A stretch of 64,000 bases of DNA from an uncultured Gammaproteobacteria bacterium (GCA_964349395.1 CAYGGA010000001.1:65991-129990); one strand, 5' to 3'; shown: positions 1 through 14,474, counted from the first letter of the stretch. Numbers and translations: made by a program. The notes: a model not told the origin generated them from the sequence alone.

Positions 1-96
1 TCCTTCGATAGCCGCATCCTTGCGTTGAGCTTCGCTCTCCTAAAAGATACTGTTGCGTAAAAACTTTTAACTTATTACCATTAACTTTTAACTAAC

Positions 97-669
97 TTAG
101 CACCAATCTTTGCAAGTGTCGATGAAGCTGGAGTAAGCTTTCTGAAGAGTCTCTTCTTCATTATTTACCCTGGTATCTATAATTAAATGAAATAGCTTGG
201 GGTCAAAGTAATCAGCATCCTCATAGATCTTTTTAAAGGAGTCTTTGAGTCCCTGACGACGTTTGGAAATGGTCTCCGGAGTTTCCTCATGGGTATGTTG
301 CCTGTTTAAAATTCTTTCTTCTGTGAGATGGTCGTCACACACTAAAAGGATACGGTAAACATCGGCTAAATCTCTTGAGAAATAACCTTGATAATGACCA
401 TCCACCACTAGTTTTTCTTCTTTTTCTAGCTTTTGGTGAAAAGCTTGATCCATTTGGTGTTCCCACTGGGGTGGAACTTTCATTTTGTCCCAAAGGGGGA
501 TATTTTGGTCCTTCACATATTGGCGAAAATAGTCACCAAAAGAAAGCACTGTCCAGCCTAACTTGTCAGCTAGATTTTTAGCCAAAGTTGAAGTCCCTGT
601 CCCAATGTCACCAGAGATCACAATATTGCGCATTTTCATAGGTTGAATTATATCATCCCTGGAGATCAA
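97..669 (-). CDS. P-loop nucleoside/nucleotide kinase, cytidylate kinase-like family
   Basis: 190 aa ORF. Walker A-like ISGDIGTGTSTLAKNLADKLGW near the N-terminus, small kinase size. Confidence 0.55.
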   Translation of the reverse strand: MISRDDIIQPMKMRNIVISGDIGTGTSTLAKNLADKLGWTVLSFGDYFRQYVKDQNIPLWDKMKVPPQWEHQMDQAFHQKLEKEEKLVVDGHYQGYFSRDLADVYRILLVCDDHLTEERILNRQHTHEETPETISKRRQGLKDSFKKIYEDADYFDPKLFHLIIDTRVNNEEETLQKAYSSFIDTCKDWC

Positions 670-774
670 TTCTCAGTCGTGAGGTTCGAAAAGGTGGTGT
701 GACTTAAGTTCAGGTCCCAAATCCCTAGACAAGAGTGAACTCTTAATTTATACTCTCTCCCAAGGAGAGACAAA

Positions 775-954
775 ATGAGCCGAGAGGAGTGGTTAGACCA
801 CTTGTTCTTCTGGTTTGGAGCTGCTGGCTTTCTTGTCCTATTTGTTGGCTTAGTGGTAGCCTGGGCAGCCAGTGATGTCCGGTATCTAGTGGGCGTCAGT
901 TTTCCGGGTGGGGTAGCTTGGTACCTAGCAATCCAAAGGTTACTTTATTCTTAG
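775..954 (+). CDS. small 2-TM membrane protein (59 aa), below the track's 60-aa cutoff
   Basis: ATG at 775 preceded by AAGGAGAG. Hydrophobic product MSREEWLDHLFFWFGAAGFLVLFVGLVVAW. Paralogous to the next small ORF (both start MSR.E.W). Confidence 0.4.
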   Translation: MSREEWLDHLFFWFGAAGFLVLFVGLVVAWAASDVRYLVGVSFPGGVAWYLAIQRLLYS

Positions 955-968
955 TAAAGGAGGGTCAG

Positions 969-1151
969 ATGTCCAGGGCCGAACATTGGTTCCCGGCTTT
1001 TTTTGGGTTGGCCACTCTAATCATAGTGACTGGGATGGTGCTGTCGGTTGCCACTTCAGATATTACCTTTTTTGTCTTGGGAGGTTGGGTAGGCGTTGTC
1101 ATATTGGTAACCCTAATCCTGTGGGTACAGCGTTCTTTAAAAAGGGAATGA
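969..1151 (+). CDS. small 2-TM membrane protein (60 aa), tandem paralog of 775..954
   Basis: Track ORF 918..1151. The internal ATG at 969 is preceded by a strong RBS AAGGAGGG. Product MSRAEHWFPAFFGLATLIIV... is hydrophobic. Confidence 0.45.
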   Translation: MSRAEHWFPAFFGLATLIIVTGMVLSVATSDITFFVLGGWVGVVILVTLILWVQRSLKRE

Positions 1152-1232
1152 ACCCAGTAGAATTTCAAGCCGTAGGCTAAAAACTTACGGCTTTCTCTTG
1201 TTATATAGGCTATTTTCTGGTAAAATCCACTG

Positions 1233-1994
1233 GTGGAAAATTTGGATTGGCAACTAGAAGACAAAGTTTATATTATCACTGGCAGCGGTGGGGGTATTGG
1301 GTTGGCTATTGCCCTCTTTTTGGTAGCGTGCGGGGCCAAAGTGGTGATCAATGACAAGACCCACTCAAAAGTCCAAGCAGCACTTAAGCAAATCAAAAGC
1401 CTAGGTGGAGAGGGGATAGGGGTAACTGGCAATATTGGGGACAAAATCACCGTTGATCAGATCGTCAAAGACACCCTCCGTCATTTTGGCAGAATCGATG
1501 GTTTGGTAAACAATGTCGGGGTTGGACCAAGGTCAGATTTCCCCAATCTAAGTTCTAAAGATTGGCAAGAAACACTCGATATCAATCTCAATCAGCCCTT
1601 TCAACTTACCCAAAAAGCAGTGCTCCAGATGCAAAAACAAGGAAGTGGGGGAGCAATTATTTTTATATCATCAACTCACACCACTTTCCTGGGAGCCAAC
1701 ACCGCCTATTCTGCTTCCAAGGCAGCAGTTGAACTTCTGGTGAAAGAGCTAGCCCTGAGGTTGGCCAAAGATAAAATCCGGGTAAATAGTGTGGCCCCAG
1801 GAGCAATCCTCAGCCACCCAAAGCTCAGTCCCCATGATTCTCACGTACCTCTGGGCAAGAAAAGGGGGGAACTGACTGATGTTGCCAAGTCGGTGGCCTT
1901 TTTATTGAGCCCTTCCCTGTCAGGGTACACTACTGGTATAATTTTAAGAGTAGACGGCGGTCTGTCCCTAACTAACCCAGTTTCCAAATATTAA
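1233..1994 (+). CDS. short-chain dehydrogenase/reductase (SDR, FabG-like oxidoreductase)
   Basis: TGSGGGIGLAIA Rossmann motif, YSASK catalytic Y-x3-K, 253 aa. Confidence 0.85.
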   Translation: MENLDWQLEDKVYIITGSGGGIGLAIALFLVACGAKVVINDKTHSKVQAALKQIKSLGGEGIGVTGNIGDKITVDQIVKDTLRHFGRIDGLVNNVGVGPRSDFPNLSSKDWQETLDINLNQPFQLTQKAVLQMQKQGSGGAIIFISSTHTTFLGANTAYSASKAAVELLVKELALRLAKDKIRVNSVAPGAILSHPKLSPHDSHVPLGKKRGELTDVAKSVAFLLSPSLSGYTTGIILRVDGGLSLTNPVSKY

Positions 1995-3232
1995 TGATTC
2001 GAACAACTAAAACCATCATCGGCACGGTTTTTCCGGCCCTTACAGTTAGAAATTACCAATTATATTTTACTGGTCAGAGTATTTCTCTGATTGGTTTTTG
2101 GCTCCAACAAGTTGCCCTTGGTTGGTTGATGTTTCAGCTTACTCAGTCCGCTTTTTGGGTTGGGTTGGTAGCTACAGCCTCAGGTTTGCCTTTTTTACTT
2201 TTCTCTACTTTTGCGGGTGTATTTATTGATAGATCTAGTAAAAAGAAGATCCTAATCTGGACCCAGATTTTTGAAGCTCTGATTGCGCTAATTTTAGCTG
2301 TCATGGTGATGACAAATACAATTACTCCAGAAATTGTTTTAGTTTTAGCTTTCTTAACTGGTATCAGTGGATCTTTGGACCTTCCCGCAAGATTCTCTTT
2401 TATTATTGAAATGGTTGGTAAAGGTTATCTAGGCTCAGCGGTATCTATAAACGTGGCGGTTTTCAATGGTGCTCGGTTCGTGGGCCCAGCTTTAGCGGGA
2501 ATACTGATTGCTAGTTTTGGGGTAGGGTGGGCATTTTTACTAAATGCAATTAGCTACTTACCAGGAATTTTGGCAGTTTTGGCCATAAAACCAGTTGAAA
2601 CTCCGGAAAAAACTATTGACCTGCACCCCTGGGAATCATACAAGGAAGGACTTAGATATGCTTTTACCCACGCTCAACTCAGGGTTTTGATGCTTTTAGC
2701 GAGCACCATGGCAATTTTTATCTGGCCTTACACGACACTCATGACCATCATTGCGGAAGTGACCTTTAAAAGTGGGCCATCAGGTTTGGGTAGTTTGCTA
2801 GCCGCCACTGGTTTGGGGAGTTTGTTTGGGGCGATCTTAACTTCAGCAATTTTAGATAAAGTTTCCAGGGTCAAGATGGTATTTGGAGGACTATTTTTAG
2901 GAACTACCAGTTTGTTACTTTTTGCTCTTACCACTAATTTTATTTTTGCCCATATTTTATTATTTCTAGCTGGCTTTGGTATCATAGCTATTGCTTCTAG
3001 CCAGAACACTTTGATGCAGCAGCTCAGCCCACCGCAAATGCGGGGGAGAATCAACTCTGTTTATTTGACTGCCTTTGTGGGCATGATGCCAGTGGGAAAT
3101 GCTTTGGGTGGCTACCTGGCGGACAAAATCTCAGCTCAGTTTAGTATTGGCTTAGGGGCAATAGCCACTTTTCTTTTAGGTCTCTATTTATACGTTAGTC
3201 ACCGAGATAAATTTAGAGATGGAGCTGACTAG
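1994..3232 (+). CDS. MFS transporter
   Basis: 412 aa, about 12 predicted TM segments, MFS-like G-rich loops. Start overlaps the SDR stop (ATGA). Confidence 0.8.
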   Translation: MIRTTKTIIGTVFPALTVRNYQLYFTGQSISLIGFWLQQVALGWLMFQLTQSAFWVGLVATASGLPFLLFSTFAGVFIDRSSKKKILIWTQIFEALIALILAVMVMTNTITPEIVLVLAFLTGISGSLDLPARFSFIIEMVGKGYLGSAVSINVAVFNGARFVGPALAGILIASFGVGWAFLLNAISYLPGILAVLAIKPVETPEKTIDLHPWESYKEGLRYAFTHAQLRVLMLLASTMAIFIWPYTTLMTIIAEVTFKSGPSGLGSLLAATGLGSLFGAILTSAILDKVSRVKMVFGGLFLGTTSLLLFALTTNFIFAHILLFLAGFGIIAIASSQNTLMQQLSPPQMRGRINSVYLTAFVGMMPVGNALGGYLADKISAQFSIGLGAIATFLLGLYLYVSHRDKFRDGAD

Positions 3233-3265
3233 GTTACGAGGTGACCAAGCCAGCTCCATATGGAC

Positions 3266-4153
3266 TTAAACAGAAACGAGGACCCTCTCTTTTTTCTCCG
3301 CTTCCTCTTGTTTAAGCCTGTGTAGGTAGTAGCCCGCCATTTCTTTACGCCCAAAATCGTAGTGAAGGCGAGCCCGAAGCAACCCCAACTCATCCGCGCT
3401 CTCGATATCAGCGCATCGTCTTGGTTCACCAACGATGATAGTCAGAGGATACCAAAACCGTGGTATACCCAAGAAACACTTCTTGAGGAGTCCATTGCCC
3501 GGCTCTTGTGGCGGAAGAATCCTCTCTGTTCCTTCCAGAGCAATCGGTGTCAACCAATCCCCATTCTTGACGAGCAAGATTGCGTTTGGAGCCGGGGCGC
3601 ACTCGATCACGCCACTGCGCTGCCGAGTGCCGTGAGCCGAAAACCAGAGTAGCTTGCCCAGAGCGAGCTGCTCAATGAGCAGGTCAATGGAGATTTGTAC
3701 CTCGCGAGTAATAGCCTCATTACGTGTGTTTACCCGCTCCCGCCTGCCTGCATATGTTTCTCCGACCCGTAGTTTGGGTATCTTCTTGGCCTCAGAGGGT
3801 GGAAAGATATAGCCTCGATCTGCAGTTTTGATGAGCGGTCGTTCTGCCCATCGGTAACCGATCAAGAAGAACATCTTCCTAGTCAAACTTGGGAAACCGT
3901 GCCACCACATGAAAATTAGCGGCAAGGGAATATCCATTGAGCTGAAATGGTCGAAATCCAAGAGAATCTTCGCACCCTGCGAGCGCAGTTCCTGAGTTCT
4001 CTTGAGGTTGGGCTTGCCGATGATCCTGACTCTCCAGATGAAAAAGAGTCCCAGAAAAAGTAGGGCACTCTTCCCCACATACCAAAAGACCCGATGTCCC
4101 GGGCGGTAGCCCAGAGGGACATGCTCAAACCCTTCGATTTTGCTGTACTCCAA
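3266..4153 (-). CDS. hypothetical protein with N-terminal TM segment, GC-enriched relative to neighbours
   Basis: 295 aa ORF. I recognise no family motif. GC by eye is about 50% versus about 40% flanks. Tail-to-tail with the MFS gene. Confidence 0.4.
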   Translation of the reverse strand: MEYSKIEGFEHVPLGYRPGHRVFWYVGKSALLFLGLFFIWRVRIIGKPNLKRTQELRSQGAKILLDFDHFSSMDIPLPLIFMWWHGFPSLTRKMFFLIGYRWAERPLIKTADRGYIFPPSEAKKIPKLRVGETYAGRRERVNTRNEAITREVQISIDLLIEQLALGKLLWFSAHGTRQRSGVIECAPAPNAILLVKNGDWLTPIALEGTERILPPQEPGNGLLKKCFLGIPRFWYPLTIIVGEPRRCADIESADELGLLRARLHYDFGRKEMAGYYLHRLKQEEAEKKERVLVSV

Positions 4154-4184
4154 GACACTCCCTCCAGGATTTATTAGGAAAATT

Positions 4185-4207
4185 ATATTGCGTTAAGCAA
4201 TAGTTGT
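4185..4207. promoter_or_regulatory. operator-like palindrome TATTGC-N5-GCAATA (copy A) upstream of ORF 3266..4153
   Basis: atATTGCGTTAAGCAATAgttgt. Perfect 6-bp inverted arms. A near-identical copy lies 108 bp away. Confidence 0.3.
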
Positions 4208-4292
4208 CTATCGACACCTGTGAAAAATCTAAATTCGCAATTATCTGCGGATATAATCCTAAGAGGATTAATGAGCAACCAAGTTTGCGAAT

Positions 4293-4315
4293 ATATTGCG
4301 TTTAGCAATAGTTGT
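4293..4315. promoter_or_regulatory. operator-like palindrome TATTGC-N5-GCAATA (copy B)
   Basis: atATTGCGTTTAGCAATAgttgt, 22/23 identical to copy A. Abuts the atpC stop. Confidence 0.3.
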
Positions 4316-4319
4316 AGTC

Positions 4320-6946
<2,627 letters not shown>

Positions 6947-6957
<11 letters not shown>

Positions 6958-8464
6958 TTTTACCCTCCAAGAAATGGTCAGTAAATTCGGCCGTTATTTT
7001 TTCCAACTGAGAGGAGAGTTCGTCGGTTAATTTATTTTCTTTTAAAATACTGTCTAGTAGTTTTTGGTGGCGAGTAGTCAGAAAATCTAAATACTTAGTT
7101 TCATAATCCTTGATATCCTCCACTGGCACTTTATCCAAAAACCCTTTGGTCACGGCAAAAATAATGGCAATCTGGCTTTCTACGCTCAGGGGTGAAAACT
7201 GAGGTTGTTTCAAAACCTCTACCACTCTTTTTCCTCTCTCCAGTCTGCTTGAAGTCTCAGGGTCCAAGTCAGAGCCAAACTGGGCAAAAGCCGCGAGTTC
7301 TCGAAATTGAGATAAATCCAATCTGAGGGTACCAGCAACCTTGCGCATAGCTGCAATTTGAGCACTACCACCGACTCGCGAGACGGAGACACCGACATTG
7401 ACCGCAGGTCTGATACCGCTGTAAAACAAGTCACTTTCCAGGAAAATCTGACCATCGGTGATAGAAATCACGTTGGTGGGGATATAGGCCGAAACATCCC
7501 CGGCCTGAGTTTCAATGATCGGTAGGGCTGTTAAAGACCCACCACCATTGGCTTTATTGAGCTTAGCACTTCTTTCAAGGAGCCGCGAGTGAAGATAAAA
7601 GACGTCCCCTGGGTAAGCCTCTCGTCCGGATGGTCGTCTCAAAAGCAAGGAAATTTGGCGGTAAGCCCAGGCATGTTTACTCAAATCATCATAGACTACC
7701 AGCGCATCTTTCCCAGAATCCATAAAGTACTCCCCAAGGGCGGTTCCTGAGTAGGGAGCAATATACTGCATGGAGGCAGAATCAGAGGCGGGGGCGGCCA
7801 CCACTACCGTGTGATCCATGGCCCCGTTCTTTTCCAAAATAGCGACTACTTGAGCAATCTTGGAAGTTTTCTGGCCAATAGCAACGTAAATACACAAAAC
7901 TCCCTTACCTTTTTGGTTGATAATGGCGTCAATTGTTAGTGCTGTTTTACCCAAACCACGATCCCCAATGATTAGTTCCCTTTGTCCTCTCCCAATTGGG
8001 ATCATGGCATCAATACTCTTAATACCTGTCTGCAAGGCCGTATCCACAGACTCGCGGCTGATGACTCCAGGAGCAATCTTTTCCACTGGGTACTGGTCTC
8101 TTGCCTTGATAGGCCCCTTGCCATCAAGTGGATTTCCTAAGCTGTCCACCACTCGGCCAAGCATGGCTTCGCCCACCGGCACTTCCAAGGTTCTACCGGT
8201 CGCGCGAGCCTCGTCCCCTTCTTTTAGGAGTTTATAGTCGCCAAAGATAATGATTCCGACCTGGTAATCTTGTAGATTTAAAGCTAGACCAGTCAAACCA
8301 TGGGGTAGAGAAACAATTTCCCCGTAAGAAAGTTCTGATAAGCCCGAGACAGTAGCAATACCATCACTAACTTCAGAGATAGTGCCGACATTACTTTTTT
8401 GCGCCCCCAAACTCAGGCTGGCAATTTCTTTTTTTAATGAATCTAAAATATCAGTGTCAGACAT
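6947..8464 (-). CDS. atpA: F1 ATP synthase alpha subunit
   Basis: 505 aa, P-loop GDRGLGKT, alpha-subunit signature. Confidence 0.95.
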
Positions 8465-8853
8465 TAATGCAAGTTCCTTATTGTCTCCAGTTTAGCTTTA
8501 AAAGAGTTCTCATACACCATATCCGCAATTTTGACTTTCAAACCAGCGATCAAGTGAGGGTTCACTAAAAATCTAATCTGGGTAACTTGAGGAAATTTAC
8601 TTCTTATTTCTCGTTCGGTGCTGTTGGCCCAGACCTTGTCTGGGGAGAAAGGAGTCTCCACGTACGCTGTCTCGGACTCTATTTTTAGCTCAATTAAGTT
8701 TAAATAACTTTGGTAGATCTCTAAAAGCCTTTGGGGCTGCATTTCCTTCAAACTATCAATTACTAGTTTGACTTTTTTAGGATCAACTCTGTCTTCAGAT
8801 AAACTCTTTTTGAATAATTTTCTTGCAAACATCTCAATTTGTCTGTTTTTCAT
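8464..8853 (-). CDS. atpH: ATP synthase delta (OSCP) subunit, short form
   Basis: 129 aa ORF between atpF and atpA. Assigned by operon position. Weak sequence conservation. Confidence 0.65.
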   Translation of the reverse strand: MKNRQIEMFARKLFKKSLSEDRVDPKKVKLVIDSLKEMQPQRLLEIYQSYLNLIELKIESETAYVETPFSPDKVWANSTEREIRSKFPQVTQIRFLVNPHLIAGLKVKIADMVYENSFKAKLETIRNLH

Positions 8854-9348
8854 CTAGCTTAGCTCCCTAAGATTACGCTTTGTAATTTCTTCTTTTTCTT
8901 TCTGCGAGAGGGTTTTATCCATAATCTTTTCCGTGGCCACCAAGACGACCTCCATCATCTCCAGGCGCAGAGCTGCTCTCATTTTTTCTCGTTCTAATTC
9001 GATAGTTTCTTTAGTTTTTGCCATTATCTTTTCTGATTCTTCCTTGGCTTTGGCTTGATTTTTAGTTCGGATCTGGGTAGCGGCCTCTTCTGCCTCCAAG
9101 ACAATCAAGTCAGCTCTGGTCTCAGCCTTTTCTACTATTTCTTTACTAGTTTTTTCAGCTCTGGCTAGTTCTTCACTGATTTTTTCAGCCTCTTTTAAAG
9201 AAGTAGCAATCTTGCTTTTACGTTCATCCAAAACTTTCAAAAGCGGCTTGAACAAAATCTTGTTTAGAATAAACAGCAAGATCAAGAAATTTACTATTTG
9301 AGCTAAGAGTAAGACTGGGCTAATCCCAAAGTCTTTTAGAATTTCCAA
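8854..9348 (-). CDS. atpF: ATP synthase Fo subunit b
   Basis: 164 aa. N-terminal TM followed by a long charged coiled coil. Operon position. Confidence 0.8.
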   Translation of the reverse strand: MEILKDFGISPVLLLAQIVNFLILLFILNKILFKPLLKVLDERKSKIATSLKEAEKISEELARAEKTSKEIVEKAETRADLIVLEAEEAATQIRTKNQAKAKEESEKIMAKTKETIELEREKMRAALRLEMMEVVLVATEKIMDKTLSQKEKEEITKRNLRELS

Positions 9349-9362
9349 CTTTTACCTTTCTT

Positions 9363-10474
<1,112 letters not shown>

Positions 10475-10613
10475 TTAATAACTGATTTTAGTCATCAACT
10501 CTGATCCCAAAATCTAAAAAGTGTACCAGATTTGTCCAGGGGTGTCTAGTACCCAGGATCTTGACAAGCCCCATTGTCTTTTATTTCTTTCCCGAATAAA
10601 CTAAAATTCAGCT

Positions 10614-11864
10614 ATGCCCAAGATTGTGGATATTAAAGCCTATGAAGTGCCTGATTCCAAAGGTGATCCCACGATCCAAACTACTGTTTTCCTCGAAAAC
10701 AATGTCACGGGTACCTTTACGGCTCCTTCTGGTTCCTCAGTGGGAGAAAATGAAGCTCTCGATTTAAAAAATGAGGTGGAGGGTAAAAAAACTGTTAGTT
10801 TAGCTATCTCCAACCTGATTAATATTATCCTCCCCCACCTGCGCGGACTAGAATCTAGTGAACAGGAAAAAATCGATTCTTTGCTTCTCCAACTAGATAA
10901 CACTAAAAACAAAAGCAATTTGGGTGGTAATACTATGATCTCCGTGTCGGCCGGTATTGCCGTGGCCACTGCCAATGCCAAAAAAATTCCTCTCTACCGG
11001 TATCTCAATCAGCTTTTTATGAAGTACTACCAGACCAAGCTCGCAGTTCCTCAACCCATGTTTTTGATGATGGAAGGAGGGGTACACGGACTGGCAAATC
11101 TGGATTTTCAGGAGTTTTTGATGATCGCGCCTGGTTTTGCGCGGATATTTGAGGCTCAGGTAGCCGCCAAACAAGTTTTCTATTTTCTTGAAGAAGCTCT
11201 GGATCAATATAAAATTGAGCGCCGTTACGGATTGGAGGGCGGTCTTGCTCCTCTGCTCACTCACAACACCCAAGCTTTGGATTTGATGATGAGGGCAGTT
11301 AAAAAAACCTCTTTCAGAGTAGGAGATGATTTCCACTTAGCCTTAGACTGTGCGGCAAGTCAGTTTAAATTTAGTGATGGTTACCACTTGCGTGATTTTA
11401 ATGGTGTAGTCTCTCCTGGCCAGCTGCAGAATTTTTATAAAGATTTAGTTAGTACTTACCAACTTTTGAGCCTGGAAGATCCATTTGATCAAAATGACGT
11501 GCAAAATTGGCGTATTTTAAAAAACCAAATTTCTGGGGCGGCGATGGTGGTGGGGGATGATCTAACTTGCAGCAATCTACAACTGCTTGATAAGGCGATT
11601 AATCTCGGGTTACTCAACGCCGTTATCATCAAACCCAACCAAATCGGAACCTTGACCGAGGCCTTTCAAACAGCTGCGCTAGCAAAACAGAAGGGTATAA
11701 AAACTGTTGCTTCGCACCGCAGTGGTGAGACTTTTGATATTTTTATTGCTGATTTTGCGGTTGCGATTGGAGCGGATTACATCAAGGTGGGTGGTTTTAC
11801 TCAAAAAGTCAGACAGCTGAAGTATGAGAGACTGATCAAAATTGAAGAAGAACTTTATAGATAG
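10614..11864 (+). CDS. eno: enolase (phosphopyruvate hydratase)
   Basis: 416 aa. SGETEDTFIADLAV-like SHRSGETFDIFIADFAVAIGADYIKVGG. N-terminal enolase signature. Confidence 0.95.
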   Translation: MPKIVDIKAYEVPDSKGDPTIQTTVFLENNVTGTFTAPSGSSVGENEALDLKNEVEGKKTVSLAISNLINIILPHLRGLESSEQEKIDSLLLQLDNTKNKSNLGGNTMISVSAGIAVATANAKKIPLYRYLNQLFMKYYQTKLAVPQPMFLMMEGGVHGLANLDFQEFLMIAPGFARIFEAQVAAKQVFYFLEEALDQYKIERRYGLEGGLAPLLTHNTQALDLMMRAVKKTSFRVGDDFHLALDCAASQFKFSDGYHLRDFNGVVSPGQLQNFYKDLVSTYQLLSLEDPFDQNDVQNWRILKNQISGAAMVVGDDLTCSNLQLLDKAINLGLLNAVIIKPNQIGTLTEAFQTAALAKQKGIKTVASHRSGETFDIFIADFAVAIGADYIKVGGFTQKVRQLKYERLIKIEEELYR

Positions 11865-11972
11865 AGAATTAAGTATTTAGAATTATGAATTAAGGGAGTT
11901 GCTTAATTCTTGATTCCTAATTCTTGATTCAAAAACTTGGCTAGGTGTTTTAGTTGTGCTAAAGTGTAACCA

Positions 11973-12341
11973 ATGGCTAAAAAGATCCTTATTGTTGAAG
12001 ATGACAATTTTATCTCTGATTTGTACGACCGGGAACTGACAAAAGATGGGTTTGAAGTAACCGTCGCTAAAGATGGGATCGAAGGTGAAGTAAAGGCTAA
12101 AGAAATCCAACCAGACTTGATTCTTTTAGACATTATGTTGCCAAATCGTAATGGTTTAGATCTTTTGCAAATCCTCAAACAAGACCCTACCACCCAGAAA
12201 TTAAAAGTTTTGGTTCTGAGCAACCTCGGCCAAGAGGAAGCGATCAAGAAAGCTCTTCACCTTGGGGCCGAAGGGTATCTCATCAAAAGCTCCTATACTC
12301 CCAAAGAGGTTTTGGGAGAAATCAAAACCTTCTTTAAGTGA
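11973..12341 (+). CDS. single-domain response regulator (CheY-like receiver)
   Basis: 122 aa. ILIVEDD...DLILLDIMLP with conserved Asp pocket. No output domain. Confidence 0.85.
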   Translation: MAKKILIVEDDNFISDLYDRELTKDGFEVTVAKDGIEGEVKAKEIQPDLILLDIMLPNRNGLDLLQILKQDPTTQKLKVLVLSNLGQEEAIKKALHLGAEGYLIKSSYTPKEVLGEIKTFFK

Positions 12342-12350
12342 CGAAACCTA

Positions 12351-13760
12351 ATGGCCGAAAAATTGCTAGAAAAAATAGAAGCTTTTCGTTATAAACTTCT
12401 GCGTCGTGCTGCTCCTATCGTCGAAATTCCAACTGTTGTAGTGGAGTCAGCTCTTGAGGAAACAGGAAAACTAAAAGATACATTTGATTCCCAAAAACCA
12501 GTAAAAAAAGCCAAACACTTCTGGAAATTGCTGGGTCCAGGCCTGACCACGGGCGCAGCGGATGATGATCCTTCCGGAGTGGCGACCTATTCCCAAACCG
12601 GCGCGCGCTACGGCTTTCAGCTTTTGTGGCTGGCACTTTTTACTTTCCCGCTGATGGCGGTAGTTCAGGAAATGTGCGCCCGGATCGGACTGGTGACTGG
12701 CCGAGGATTGGCTGCCAATATTCGTCTGCATTTCCCACGTTGGGTCCTGTACCTATGTGCTTTCCTACTGCTGGTGGCCAATAGCTTAAATATTGGGGCT
12801 GACTTGGGAGCGATGGCCAAAGCAACCCAACTAATTTTCCCGCAGCTGAATTTTACAATCGTAATCCTTGGTTTTACGCTTCTGAGTTTGATACTCCAGA
12901 TTTTCGTCTCTTATGAGAGATTCGCGCGTTTTCTCAAGCTAATAGCTTTGATTTTACTAGCTTACGTTTTGACTGCTTTTACCGTCCAACTTGATTGGGT
13001 AGAAGTGATACGCCACACTACAATTCCAAGTATTACCTTCTCCAGTGAACAGATTTTTCTGATTGTGGCAATTTTGGGAACTACGATCTCGCCCTATCTT
13101 TTCTTTTGGCAGACTTCTCAGGAGGTGGAAGAAGAGATATTGGAGGGAAAAACTACCTTAGAAGAAAGACAAAAAACTACTGATAGTCAGATAAAAAATA
13201 TGCGCATTGATGTGTGGAGTGGGATGTTTGTTTCCAATGCAGTAATGTTTTTTATCATCATGGTTTGTGCTGCCACTCTCTATGTAAATGGTGTCACAGA
13301 TATTGAAAGTGCCGAGCAGGCCGCCGCCGCGCTAAAACCGTTAGCAGGGGAAGGTGCTTACTTTTTGTTTGCTTTAGGAATTATTGGCACTGGTCTTTTG
13401 GCAGTTCCCGTACTCGCTGGGTCAGCGGCTTACGCGATCTCGGAAAGCTTTCATTGGAAGGAGGGTTTGTATCGCAAACTGAAAGACGCTTACGCTTTTT
13501 ATGGGGTGATCATTGTCTCCATGGCCATTGGGTTAGGGCTAAATTTCATTGGACTTGATCCGATTGATGCGTTGATTTACTCAGCGGTTTTGAATGGTCT
13601 GGTTTCCCCGGTGATCTTGGTTCTCATACTGCTTCTCAGTCAGAATAAGAAGATCATGGGTGATCGCAAGAACAATCTTTTGACCACTATCCTGGGTTGG
13701 TTCATTACTATTGTCATGATTGTGGCCGGTGGAGCGACAGTTTTTTCCCTAATTTTTTAA
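12351..13760 (+). CDS. mntH: NRAMP-family divalent metal (Mn2+/Fe2+) transporter
   Basis: 469 aa. GPGLTTGAADDDPSGVATYSQTGARYGFQLLW NRAMP signature. About 11 TM segments. About 50-aa N-terminal extension. Confidence 0.85.
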   Translation: MAEKLLEKIEAFRYKLLRRAAPIVEIPTVVVESALEETGKLKDTFDSQKPVKKAKHFWKLLGPGLTTGAADDDPSGVATYSQTGARYGFQLLWLALFTFPLMAVVQEMCARIGLVTGRGLAANIRLHFPRWVLYLCAFLLLVANSLNIGADLGAMAKATQLIFPQLNFTIVILGFTLLSLILQIFVSYERFARFLKLIALILLAYVLTAFTVQLDWVEVIRHTTIPSITFSSEQIFLIVAILGTTISPYLFFWQTSQEVEEEILEGKTTLEERQKTTDSQIKNMRIDVWSGMFVSNAVMFFIIMVCAATLYVNGVTDIESAEQAAAALKPLAGEGAYFLFALGIIGTGLLAVPVLAGSAAYAISESFHWKEGLYRKLKDAYAFYGVIIVSMAIGLGLNFIGLDPIDALIYSAVLNGLVSPVILVLILLLSQNKKIMGDRKNNLLTTILGWFITIVMIVAGGATVFSLIF

Positions 13761-14392
13761 GAGTATTTTCGTATCACACCCACTACCTTACCCTGAATTC
13801 TCACATCTTTAGAGATAATCGGATTCATGCTGGAATTGGCAGGCTCTAGTCGGACGTGATCTGGCTCTTTGTAATATCTTTTAAGAGTCGCAAAATTGTC
13901 ATTTAGGATTGCCACCACAATCTCACCGTTGGAGGCGGTTTGGTTTTCTTCCACGACTACATAGTCTCCATCTTGAATATGCGCCTCAATCATCGAATCA
14001 CCACGAACTTGCAGTACAAAGGTGCGTTTGCGACCCATCATATCGGCGGGGATAGAGATGGTAGTTGTGGTGTCCTCAATAGCCTCAATCGGGTGACCAG
14101 CAGCGATGTAACCCACGAGTGGGACCTCGACCGTGCCGACCCAGCCGGCAATCTTTTGGTCTACTACCTCAATGCCACGTCGGATGCCTTCGATTTTACG
14201 GATAACACCTTTGTCCACCAGATTTTGGACATGTTCATGTACAGTAGCGGGGGAGCGGAGCCCTAAAGCATCACACATTTCTGGGAGGGTAGGGGCGTAG
14301 CCATATTTCTGCATGTAAGAAGAGATGAACTCCATGAGTTCTCGTTGGCGGCGATAGAGGACGGGGGGCATAGTCTTCCTTTCTTCCCCCAT
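13757..14392 (-). CDS. lexA: LexA repressor (S24 peptidase)
   Basis: 211 aa. N-terminal winged HTH. C-terminal VRGDSMIEAHIQDGDYVVV Ser-Lys dyad domain. Divergent from uvrB. Confidence 0.9.
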   Translation of the reverse strand: MGEERKTMPPVLYRRQRELMEFISSYMQKYGYAPTLPEMCDALGLRSPATVHEHVQNLVDKGVIRKIEGIRRGIEVVDQKIAGWVGTVEVPLVGYIAAGHPIEAIEDTTTTISIPADMMGRKRTFVLQVRGDSMIEAHIQDGDYVVVEENQTASNGEIVVAILNDNFATLKRYYKEPDHVRLEPANSSMNPIISKDVRIQGKVVGVIRKYS

Positions 14393-14474
14393 AGCCTTGG
14401 CGAAGGGGGACAGTTGTGAAAATTGTCTCCTGCCTTAAAGGGAGACAAGATTCGGTTAATATTAGTTCTATCTT

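Noticed and set aside
3362-4158. Plus-strand and alternative minus-strand ORFs inside the GC-rich 295-aa gene (3362..3652, 3435..3635, 3879..4085, 3916..4158)
   Set aside because: Open frames are expected in GC-rich DNA. The 295-aa frame is the longest and has a TM start. The others are internal and overlapping.
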